Assembly (NCBI GenBank): GCA_043228905.1
Contig: JBHGNT010000016.1
Span: forward strand, 7,936,001 to 8,000,000
Length of the DNA stretch: 64,000 nucleotides
Reading direction: 5' to 3'
Origin: Azolla caroliniana
Taxonomy: Eukaryota > Plantae > Polypodiophyta
Shown: one piece after another, positions 23,967 through 34,530 of the stretch
How the letters are laid out: each line of letters opens with the position of its first letter
How positions within the stretch are numbered: position 1 is the stretch's first letter
Notes under the pieces: model-generated
The model's database searches: none
Seen by the model: the letters and a program-made list of their open reading frames with translations, nothing else
Told to the model about the DNA's origin: nothing
Translations under genes and position numbers: made by a program

Positions 23967-24684
23967 ATGAGTATTACCGAATTCCTCTCCCCTGAATACA
24001 TTTGAGCTTGAGAGGCTTGAATGACCCCCAATTATTGCGACGGTCACCTATGTTGCCCGATTCCAACCTCTGTACCAACTCCTCCAATTTCCCTAGCCCG
24101 CCTTCTTCCTTGTGTCTCCCCCATTTGCAAAATCAATCCTTCTTCTTCTCTTGGAAATCTATGATCTTCTAAGCGCCTCCTCCCATTCTCCACTTCCCTG
24201 CCATCTTGCTCACCTTTGTCTTGTGCGGTTTCCCCCAATAGGGATCCCCCTCCATCCCAAAGCTTATCCAAATTGAATCCTTTTCTTCACCTTCTCTTTG
24301 CCACCAATTAAGATTATAGCAAAAAAAGAAAGAAAAAGATTCTCTTTGTGATTACCTTGACCTTCTCACAACAATTGAATATTGCTTGTTTCACTGTATT
24401 GTTTTGTTTTGAACGCTTTGCCCTTAGATCTTACTATGCTCTGATACCAAGTGTTACCACCACCAACATGAATTAACTAAAACAACATGATTTTATTAAA
24501 ATAAGAATTACACAAACTCCATAAGTATTGCTAACTCCCAAAATTGGGGTCTGCCCCTCTAGGAAAATAGGCTTCTATTAAATAGGAATCTTTGGAATGT
24601 CAAACGTTCACTAATTGAATCATTTGCACTTCCAAGGTTCTTTATTTATGACAGTTTCTATATTTTAGGTATACCTAATGGATG

Positions 24685-24732
24685 TGTAAAGAATCGATGG
24701 TGATTCTTGTGCAGCGGGATAGATATGTGTGT

Positions 24733-24830
<98 letters not shown>

Positions 24831-25228
24831 ATAGAGTAGAGAAGAGAACACAAGATAGATAAGCAAGAGAAATAAAATACTCAAGAAGAAGAATATGTAT
24901 ATTTCACAAGTAGAATGGAGATACAAAATTGTAGCATTACAAGGAGTCACAACCGGTATAGTATGAAGTAGGAGGAGGGTGCTTTATATAATGTCACCCT
25001 CTCTCTTCATTACCTCATTACAACCTCCACTCTCTCCCTAGAACCTTGAGGAATGTGAAGACTCATAGTCATGGGGAATATGGAACTCATTAGTTATGTG
25101 TCATAGAATATGATTCTATGACACATAGTTTAATGTGTAGAGAGTGGTATGACTCTTGACCTTTGAGTGCACATAGATTCTCAAAGGTGTGTTCACACGT
25201 TGCACTAAGTTGAGCTTGATTCTCAACA
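24685..25228 (-). repeat. Element F 3' LTR containing a (TG)n(AG)n compound microsatellite
   Basis: Direct repeat of 32866-33398; microsatellite length differs between the copies. Confidence 0.95.
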
Positions 25229-25241
25229 CGCCCCCTCAAGC

Positions 25242-28200
25242 TCAACTCGGGTCGGTTTCTTTCGGTTGATGTCCACTTCGGCTCGTATCCGGTTCAGACG
25301 ATATCCAATTCTCGCTTGTACTCCCCCTCAAGCTTGGCAAGTCAGGGATTGTCATTCCAAGATCTGACATGAATTGCCGAAGCTTGTCAGCTCCTAGGGC
25401 TTTCATGAAGATGTTGGTTGTTTGAAGATTCGTGTTGATGTGTAGAAGGTCGACATCTCCGGCCTGAACATGCTCTCGAATGAAGTGATAGTGCACTTTG
25501 ATATGCTTTGTGCGTGCGTGGAACAACGGGTTCCGAGCCAAATATATAATGCTCATATTGTCGTAGTAAATGGGAGTCGAATCCTTGATGGGAACGCCCA
25601 AATCCTTCAAAATCCTCTTGAGCCATACGGCTTCACATGCAACTACGGTTGCGCCCATGTATTTGGCCTTTGTACTCGAAAGTGCGACAGTAGGCAACTT
25701 CTTACTACTCCAAGATATTGCTCCGCTACCGAGCGAGAAGACAAATCCGGAGGTCGATCGTCGATCAACTTTGTAGCCTACCCAATACGCGTCTGTGTAC
25801 CCTTCGAGTCATATTGGTGTGGTCGATGCGTAGAGAATGTCGTAATCCATTGTGCCGCTCACGTATCGTAATACTCTCTTAGCGCAATCGAAATGGATAT
25901 CTCGTGGAGTTTGCATGAATTGGCTAAGGAGTCCAACTGGATAGCTAAGGTCGGGTCGAGTGATCGAGAGATAGATGAGGCTCCCGATCAATTGACGATA
26001 TTGGGTCAGCTCACACTCACACATGATAATGGAGCTCCTTCATGTCTGTCATCTCGAATTTTCCGGAGAGGAGGGACTTGACCTTGTTGATGTCGACTAA
26101 ACTTTCACCTCCAATGACCAGATCATCCACGTATAGGATGATGACAATTAGGCTTCTAGAGTCGTGTCGTACGTAGAGGGAGTTGTCGGATTTCGACATT
26201 CGAAAGCCGATTTAATGAAGATATTGCGTAATCTTCAAATGCCATGCACGCGGTGCTTGCTTGAGGCCGTAGAGTGGCTTCTTGAGTTGGCAAACAACTT
26301 TCGAATGAGTACGCGATTCGAAGCCGGGTGGTTGTACCATGTACACCTCCTCTTCTAATTCTCCTTGAAGAAAGGTGTTCTTGACGTCCATTTGGTGGAG
26401 GTGCCACCCTTTTGCCGCTGCAAGTGTGATCACGGTCTACACCGTCGTCATCTTTGCCACCGAGGCAAAGGTCTCTTCATAGTTGACTCCATGTGTTTGT
26501 GCGTATCCTTTCGCTACGAGTCGAGCTTTGTAGTGGTTAACGGAGCTATCGGCATTATACTTCACCTTGTAGATCCATCTGCAACCAATTGCCTTCTTGT
26601 GCAGTGAGTGGGGAACGAGATCCCATGTCTCGTTGTTGCGTAGTGCACGCATCTCCTCGTTCATTGCTTCGACCCATTGTGGGTCTTTCACAGCTTCGGA
26701 AAAGGTTTCCGGCTCCCATATTGTTGCCACCGTCATCATAAATGCGTAATGGTACGCCATGTACTCATCGTAGCCGAATCGGCTTACAGGGTTCTTTTCA
26801 CGGGTGGATCGATGGAGCTTCTCGTTTGTGGATTCTAAGGATTTCTTCACTCCATTTTTCCGGATGTCAAGGCCTTCGAACTCACTATCGAGGGAGTGAG
26901 GATGCCGTCAAAATGATCGTCTTCATACTCTGGCATTTTCGCCTTCCCTTTGTCCAGCTTCAGACTCGGCCGAGATGTGCTTTGATCGCTTGGGGGCTCT
27001 TGTGGCGCACTAAGCCTTGTTGTAATTCGGCTTTCTTCGGCTTCGAGCCAATCTTCGGCTTCTAACTCTATTTCGGTGGAATCCGGGTTGAGCGGAATCG
27101 AAGTCGAAGTTGTCTCTGGTGCGTACCAAGATGCGGACTCGTCGAAGACGACGTCTCTACTTACTCGAGATTTTTGAGTTGAGGGGTTATAGCACTCGTA
27201 CCCCTTTTGCTCTAGTGAGTATCCTACGAGGATACATTTCTCCGACTTCGGGTTGAGCTTTTGTCGCTTCTCGTCGGGGATGTGCACGTACGCAATGGAG
27301 CCGAATATTCGAACATGCGATAGGTCCGGCTTCTTTCCGAAAAACTTCTCGTGCGGAGTAAGTTCGTGCACACCCGATGTCGTACACCGATTCATGTGGT
27401 ATACGGCCGTGTTAGCCGCTTCTGCCCAATACGACTTCGGCAGGTGCTTTTCGTTCATCATGGCCCATGCTACTTCGAGGATGTGCCAATTCTTTCGTTC
27501 GGCGACTCCGTTTTGTTGTGGCGTATGTCGACACGAAAACTCTCATTGAATTCCTTCTTTTCATAGAAAAACCCAAAATTCATTAGAGAAGTACTCATTG
27601 ATTCCATCCGACCAAAGCATTGTACATGTCGGCCCGTGGCTTTCTCGACTTCATTCTTAAATTTTTGGAAGTGTCCGAACACTTTGCTCTTTTGCCGCAT
27701 GGGGTAGATCCAGGTGTGCCTGGAGAAGTCATCAATGAAGGTCACATAGTATCGGGATCCGCCGAATGTAGCCGTCTGAGCCGGACCCCATACATCGGAA
27801 TGAATTACGTTGAGTATGTCTTTGCTCATGTTCCACTCCTTCGGAAATGGGTGCCGATGTTGCTTGTCGAATTGGCAAGCGACAAACACGCCTTCAATCT
27901 CTTTCTCTTTGAAGGTCGGGAGTCCGATGAAGACTCCTTTCGATTGCATCGCCTTGAGCTTTTGGAGGTTGATATGGTCAATCTGCTTGTGCCATAACTC
28001 TATGTCGGACTCAACTTTCGTGCCTTTTGCGAACATGGCCGATTTCATCTCGTGCGAGTCGAGAATGAACATTTGGCCCTCTCTTCGTCCGCGCACGATG
28101 AGTCGGCCCTCTTTTTCGATGAAGCAACCGCCTTGATAAAATCGAACTTGCATTCCTTGCTCTACAATTTGGCCGACGGAGACCAATTTCTTCATGATAG

Positions 28201-28360
28201 TTGGTACATGCAAGACATTCTTAATGTAAGTTTGCTTACCTTCTTCTCCAAACGGAACATTGCCGATGTACCGAATCGGATGCGTAGTGTCGTCTCTAGT
28301 TTCGACATAGCCGGGTCGTTCCGACTCTCGAAGTTCTCAAAACCATTCTTGATGAGACGT
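25242..28360 (-). pseudogene. Element F pol (integrase, RT, RNase H), fragmented
   Basis: ORFs 27470-28213, 26847-27461, 26437-26850, 26212-26433, 25809-26024 and 25242-25697; RT has an internal deletion near 26020. Confidence 0.9.
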
Positions 28361-29003
28361 TGTCGTGACGATTTTCGGCTACGGTGTGAAATCGAGTGAG
28401 ACAAATAAACCAAGGATGTGCAACATTGCACATGCACTTAGCAAATAAACCTAAGGCCTAGTGGCACTTGAGTTCATACAGAGGAGTGCAAGCAAGGTTT
28501 GAACCTTGCACCTCTAAGATACAAGATGATTGCCTTACCATTAGGACAACTATCATATAGTGTAGATTCTATGTATTTCCTTTTTATATATGAATTATAG
28601 ATGAAACAACCATAGAAAACCATGTGCACAAAACCATGGTTCTAAACCCATGGTTTGTGCATGACATAAGCAAAACCGTGTGCACAAAACCATGGTTTTA
28701 GCCCATGGTTTTGTGCATGTCACAAGCATGGAAAGACCTATAAAAGCCTCTAGTTGGGCTTGTGTAAGGGGGGCTCAATATGTGATATCACCAACACCAT
28801 ATCATCAATATAATTATATTTGTCTTTATCTTCTTCATATTTTTCTACTTTTCAAGTGTACAATCTTTCTTCTTCTCAAGTAAACCAATTTCACCTAATT
28901 TTACATTGATCATCATCTCTTCGATAATTCTGCAAACATCCTCCCCAGTCCAAGACCCCGGTGGTCGCTCGAGTAGCACACGCACGTGCGAATCTTCGCA
29001 ACA
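28361..29003 (+). repeat. Element E 5' LTR
   Basis: Direct repeat of 31069-31679 with one extra AAAACCATG-type repeat block. Confidence 0.95.
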
Positions 29004-29039
29004 TCATTTGGCGAATCTTCGCAGCAAGGGAGGACGAAG

Positions 29040-30992
29040 ATGGATGGCGAATATCTCATGGAGGCAATGTCAAAAAGGATGGTGGAGTTTCTGAGAGAAG
29101 GTAAAAGAAGAAATGAAGCCCAACAAGCCGTCGACAGGGTAGTCGAGCGAGTGAGCTACTTCAACGGCGGCGAATTCCAAAGTTTTCTAAAAGTCTACAA
29201 TGCGGAGATGGATTCAAATGGTGTGGACGAAGTTATGAGGCTGGAGTGCTTTTGTCGGGTGGTGTCTCAACCGATCTTCAAAGATGTAAAAGAGCTTCTA
29301 GAAGCTCATGATTCGTGGGCGACTTTCGAGAAGGCTTTATTGGAGGAATATGGCTATGAGAGACTAAAGGGACGAGATCTACACAACTTCGACCAATGGG
29401 TGACATCGGCGAAGACCTACCAAGGCGCGACACAAGCATTCGTAGACTTCGAGTGTCGTTTTTCTCAACTGTCGGAGCGGGAACAATGATTGGTGGGGGT
29501 CGATAAGGCCCTTATGTTCGTGAAGTCAATCGATCGAATGGAAAGGATGGCCATCGGCCTCAAACTCGAAGAAGATGACGGTGCAAATGGCCTCATCAAG
29601 AATTGGAGCAAAGTGGAAAGTGTATGCCGACTACACGATAAGGGGCGAGCGAGAATATCGACGACAACAAGACGGCCCATGAGGGACGATCGAAGAGGGG
29701 TGAGATGCAACAATGCTCCACCAACAAAAGAAATAAAGCTTAAAAGGGAGACAAAACCGAGGCGAATGGTGATCGAGGAAGAAGAGACCTCCCAACAAAT
29801 GCGGGTTAATGAAGTGGCCAATACAATGGCTCAGGTTCGGTATGACGGTACCGAGAGAGAAGGTGCGAAACAAGTCACCTTCTTGTCTTACGAAGAAACG
29901 ACGGCCAAGGAGGAGGCCGATGACTCGAGGACGGCGAACGCCACTTTGAGGGAGGATAAATGTTTCAGAACACGCATTGTGTATGAAACATCGGGTGATG
30001 AAGGTGCAAGCATGAGAAAAGCTTGCATGATCGAGGGAGATAAAGTGTTTGAGTCTGAAGAGATTGAGGAGGTAGCCATGACAAACGACATCGAGTCGGA
30101 GGTGGCTATGGACGAGTCGACAACGGATAGCCATGTCAAGACTTTCTCCACACTTGTTCCAGAGACTTCGGCGGTTGCGCCTGTGTGCCAACATGAGACC
30201 GGAGAGACGGAAGGTGGTGACGAGAAGACGAAGGCCCAACACAAAGAGGAAGAAGATCGAGGAAGAAAGAATATCCCCACACCTATTCTAGAGACTTCGG
30301 CGGTTGTGCACGTGCGCCAACGTGAGACCAGAGAGACGGAATGTGTCGACGAAAAAGCGGACGACCGGAAGGGTGATGAGGAAGCCAAGGATGAAGCCGC
30401 GGTTGAGTTCGATGGAGAGGCGGCATGCGGGACGGAAGGAAGAGTCGAGAACCGGTTGAACCAGAAGACGATTCGGTCGGGATTCCGGCCCGAACGAAGG
30501 AAGATCCACATGGGAGATGATCGACCGGGGCCGACCCGGACGAAACTTGATTCGGAGGAAATCGATCGGATGATCCCGATCCAAAAGGGGGCCGACCTAG
30601 CCAAAATCAATCGGTCGGGCCCAACTCGGCAAAATGCGAATGCAGACGAAGGCCAACCGAGCCAAGAAGCGATCGGCGGAGACCGATCCGGACAAGGGCA
30701 AACCTGGCATAATCGGAGATCGACACGAACGATCCACAACACCCAAGTGAAGACGGTGAGTGCGAGGAGTGGCCAGGAGTCCAATCGAAGGACACGCACA
30801 GTGGACGAAGGAAGAGCAGTCGGATCAACGACATCATTCGGTAGATCTACTACAACCGATCAGGGAAGAAGGTGTGAACGCCGAGTATGGTGGATCGGGT
30901 GGCTACGATGGTTCGGTTGGAAAGATTGCGCATACTCGAAGTGGAAGACGAAGTCAGACGAGGTCGACGAGCGTGCAGAGGAACTCGGTTGA
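29040..30992 (+). pseudogene. Element E Gag-like ORF with a long acidic tail; one in-frame TGA at 29487-29489
   Basis: AVDRVVERVSYFNG...DKALMFVKSID...LEEDDGANGL aligns by eye with D Gag AVDRVVELEGQFDG...DKTLYFLKAVD...LEDDTQANGL. Confidence 0.85.
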
Positions 30993-31068
30993 TCACCGTT
31001 GCCAAAGATCTCACCTCTTCACCTTTCTCGGCACATACCGGAGGATGTGCGGGTTTGGTGGGGGTGGA

Positions 31069-31679
31069 TGTCGTGACAATTTTCGGCTACGGTGTGAAAC
31101 CGAGTGAGACGAATAAACCAAGGATGTGCAACATTGCACATGCACTTAGCAAATAAACCTAAGGCCTAATGGCACTTGAGTTCATACAAAGGGGTGCAAG
31201 CAAGGTTTGAACCTTGCACCTCTAAGATATAAAGATGATTGCCTTACCATTAGGACAACTATCATATAATATAAATTCTATGTATTTCCTTTTTATATAC
31301 GAATTATAGATGAAACAACCATAGGAAACCATGTGCATGACATAAGCAAAACCGTGTGCACAAAACCATGGTTTTAGCCCATGGTTTTGTGCATGTCACA
31401 AGCATGGAAAGACCTATAAAAGCCTCTAGTTGGACTTGTGTAAGGGGGGCTCAATATGTGATATCACCAACACCATATCATCAATATAATTATATTTGTC
31501 TTTATCTTCTTCATATTTTTCTACTTTTCAAGTGTACAATCTTTCTTCTTCTCAAGTAAACCAATTTCATCTAATCTTACATTGATCGTCATCTCTTCGA
31601 TAATTCTGCAAACATCCTCCCTAGTCTAAGACCCCGGTGGTCGCTGGAGTAGCACACGCACGCGCGAATCTTCGCGACA
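31069..31679 (+). repeat. Element E 3' LTR
   Basis: Follows the PPT; TGTCGTGA...TCGCGACA. Confidence 0.95.
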
Positions 31680-32710
31680 ACGTCATATGGTTCGAGGCAC
31701 CAGAGTCGACGAACCATACGTCTTCCGAACCTGAGGCACTAGTTGAAGTAGAAGCCAACATAGAATTTGCTCTATGTCTCATCACGAACATTCTGCCACG
31801 ATCGTCATAGTCAGAGTTGGTGGCGTAGTTGGTGAGTTGTCGGCTAGTGGAAGTCGACTCGCGTATCTTCTTACGACATTCTTCTTCGTGGTGACCGATT
31901 TTTCCACAATATCCGCATTCGACTAAGTTTTGTCGACTCGAACCGGAATGGAAGCTCCCCCTTCTTCCGAAGGTTCCTCGATGGCTTCCGTCTTGATGCT
32001 GAAATTGGGAATTGTTTTCGTCAGTCGGGCCTCGTTCGCCTTGTCCTTGGCCGAATCGGCCTCTTCTTGCACGGACGCGTCCTCTTCCTCCGTCCAAATG
32101 TGTGTAGAGCATGTGGCCTTCTAAGGCGTTGCTCCTTGTTCGAACATGATTTTCTTCGACTAACAACATGGATTGAAGATCGAAGAAGGAAGGTGGATTC
32201 TCTCGTGCTAGTAGGGCGGTCCGCATCACGCTGAACTGTGGTGCAAGGCCGCCGAGGCATATTTGCACCATTTCGTCATCCTCCACATTGACGCTTATCG
32301 AGCCGAGTGCATCACAAAGCTCCTTGATCTTCAAGGTGTAGCTTGTGATGGACATATCCCGTTGTTGAATGTTGTTCAACTCTTGGTGGAGTTGAAGCTT
32401 TCTCGCGGTTGTGTTGGCGGTGAAAATCTTTCGTAGATTCTCTCACGCTTCCTTTAGAGTTTCAGCTTCTCGAATGTAGCCGAGCATGTGGTTGTGAACA
32501 CATGTCGCCAAGCAATACATCACTTGGCTTGCCGCTTGCTCCCAAGTTGCTAGTCGGCGTCTTTCGGGTCAGGTCGGTTTTCTAGTGCTCCCTTGATGTA
32601 ACCCTAATAGCCTTGGCTGACAAGGTATTGGTGCATCTTGTACTCCCAAGATGCGAAGTTGTTTTGGTCCAACTTCTCGCTAGGGAGAGCGCTCCCATTT
32701 GAGTATTCAT
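31680..32710 (-). pseudogene. Element F gag-protease
   Basis: EKLDQNNFASWEYKM, CGYCGKIGHHEEEC knuckle, WFVDSGASNHMT; the frame continues (SHQEWF) on the other side of E. Confidence 0.9.
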
Positions 32711-32865
32711 TGTCGATTAAGCTTCCTTTCTTCTTTTCCTTTTGTCTCGAACACAAGCTATGTAGTGGTACTACGATAACGATGAACTGGTTCTTCTTGA
32801 ACGTCGGCGTAGAACACAACACACGCGGATGGGCTAGATCGAGCTACCAAGCCGCTTTGATACCA

Positions 32866-32913
32866 TGTAAAGAATCGATGGTGATTCTTTTGCAGGGGAA
32901 TAGATATGTGTGT

Positions 32914-33002
<89 letters not shown>

Positions 33003-33398
33003 AATAGAGTAGAGAAGAGAACACAAGATAGATAAGCAAGAGAAATAAAATACTCAAGAAGAAGAAGATGTATATTTCACAAGTAGAATGGAGATACAAA
33101 GTTGGAGCATTACAAGGAGTCACAACCAACATAGTATGAAGTAGGAGGGTGCTTTATATAAGGTCACCCTCTCTCTTCATTACCTCATTACAACTTCCAC
33201 TCTCTCCCTAGAACCTTGAGGAATGTGAAGACTCATAGTCATGGGGAATATGGAACTCATTAGTTATGTGTCATAGAATATGATTCTATGACACATAGTT
33301 TAATGTGTAGAGAGTGGTATGACTCTTGACCTTTGAGTGCACATAGATTCTCAAATGTGTGTTCACACGTTGCACTATGTTGAGCTTGATTCTCAACA
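32866..33398 (-). repeat. Element F 5' LTR
   Basis: Direct repeat of 24685-25228, abutting the Met PBS. Confidence 0.95.
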
Positions 33399-33706
33399 GG
33401 ATGTAACAGAGGGTGGGGGGGGATAGTTATTAATGTAGTGTATGAACCTTACACTCAACATGAAGCCTAGGGTTGAGAGTAGAGAGGAGGGCCAACAACA
33501 TCGCCAACTACAAGGGATGACATGGTGTGTAGGGGGCAGTGGAGTGCCACAACAACGCATGTGCATTGATTGGCATGCACCTCTCTCCCTCCAATTACCT
33601 TGCAAACCCCCACGAACGGTTACACCTATGAAGGAGAGAACCTTAGTGCACAAAGCCGCCCTGCACGATAGAACTCGTGATCTCAATCAATCGGCAGAAC
33701 CCTTTC

Positions 33707-33728
33707 GGGGGGGGGGGGGGGGGGGGGG
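33707..33728 (+). repeat. Poly-G tract (22 nt)
   Basis: Uninterrupted G run. Confidence 0.9.
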
Positions 33729-34530
33729 ACATTTATGCGAAACAAATCCACACACACATAGGTCTCACAAAACCTTAGTGCACGGAAAAGCGCGACCACC
33801 CTGCAAGTGCCATGAGGACACAAACATGTGCTTGTCCAGGGAGAGAGGCGGGCCCCAGGCAACGAAGTGGCACATGAGGCGTGTGTACACAAGAAAGAGT
33901 GAGTTGGCAGGTTCCACGAGGACACCAAAGCATTCGTGGCCGAGTCAAGGCAAAGAGTAAAAGTGTGAGTAGGTAGTTCGTATGCGTATGTATATGTATA
34001 TGTATGTATATATATATATACACGCATGTATGTATGTATGTATGTATGTATGTGAGTTGTTAGGTGCCGGTGGTTGTGTGGGGATAAATCCATCTTCAAA
34101 TTAGAAGTGTGTTGAACGGCAAGCAAAAGAAGAAGAAGAAGGCAAAAAAGCGGAAAGGCAAAAGGCAAAAAGCAAAACGCAAAAAAGGGAAGAAAAAGCA
34201 AAAAGCAAGAAGTGATCGTTTGAGCGCCTCGCTCTCTTCCTTTTTCATTCTCTCGTTTTCAAAAATAACAACACACGCACTCAGAACTCTCAACCAACAA
34301 ACAACAGAGAAAGAGAGAGAGAGAGAAAGAAGGAGAAGCAGAAGCAGAAGCAGAAGAAATTACACAGAAGAAGCATTGTTTTTTCTGTTTGTGTTTAAAT
34401 TGGTTTCTCCAGAAACAGAGAGATTCCTTCTTCTTCCTCCCTCCCACAAGTAAACAAATCAAAAACAAGAACTCACTCTGTTTTCAGTAAAAAAACCCTA
34501 AACTCCTCTTCTGTTCCCTTTGGTAGGTCT

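Larger units (their letters stand above)
28361..31679 (+). mobile_element. Element E: 3.3-kb non-autonomous Gag-only LTR element (TR-GAG-like), related to D
   Basis: LTRs 28361-29003 and 31069-31679. Perfect 4-bp TSD ACGT. PPT GGTTTGGTGGGGGTGGA identical to D's. Gag homologous to D Gag; no PR/RT/RH/INT. Confidence 0.93.
24685..33398 (-). mobile_element. Element F: Ty1/Copia LTR retrotransposon (Ale/Ivana-like), decayed; interrupted by E
   Basis: LTRs 24685-25228 and 32866-33398. Perfect TSD GGATG. PBS TGGTATCAAAGC at 32854-32865; PPT at ~25230-25240. Motifs WFVDSGASNHM, IHSDVWGP, LYVDDL, HARTKHI. Confidence 0.96.
23967..33408 (-). mobile_element. Element G: outermost LTR retrotransposon remnant (5' LTR, Met PBS, leader); host of C and F
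   Basis: Met PBS (plus strand GCTCTGATACCA) at 24438-24449. LTR starts TGTTAC at 24452; removing F and one GGATG rejoins it to GTAACA ending at 33408 (~238-bp LTR with a 6-bp terminal inverted repeat). Confidence 0.78.

Noticed and set aside
24665-24950. ORFs with HTHTHT/SLSLSL/VCVCVC runs (also 32638-33132 and the 5' part of 53716-54186)
   Set aside because: They are translations of microsatellites; only the MAGTEGY... part is real (eIF4A exon 1).
29631-30799. Long antisense ORFs in E (and similar ones in D and B)
   Set aside because: Shadow ORFs expected opposite purine-rich coding strands; no recognisable motifs.
33442-34453. 172-aa and 114-aa ORFs upstream of the kinesin
   Set aside because: Driven by poly-G and simple repeats; no domain similarity or splice support.
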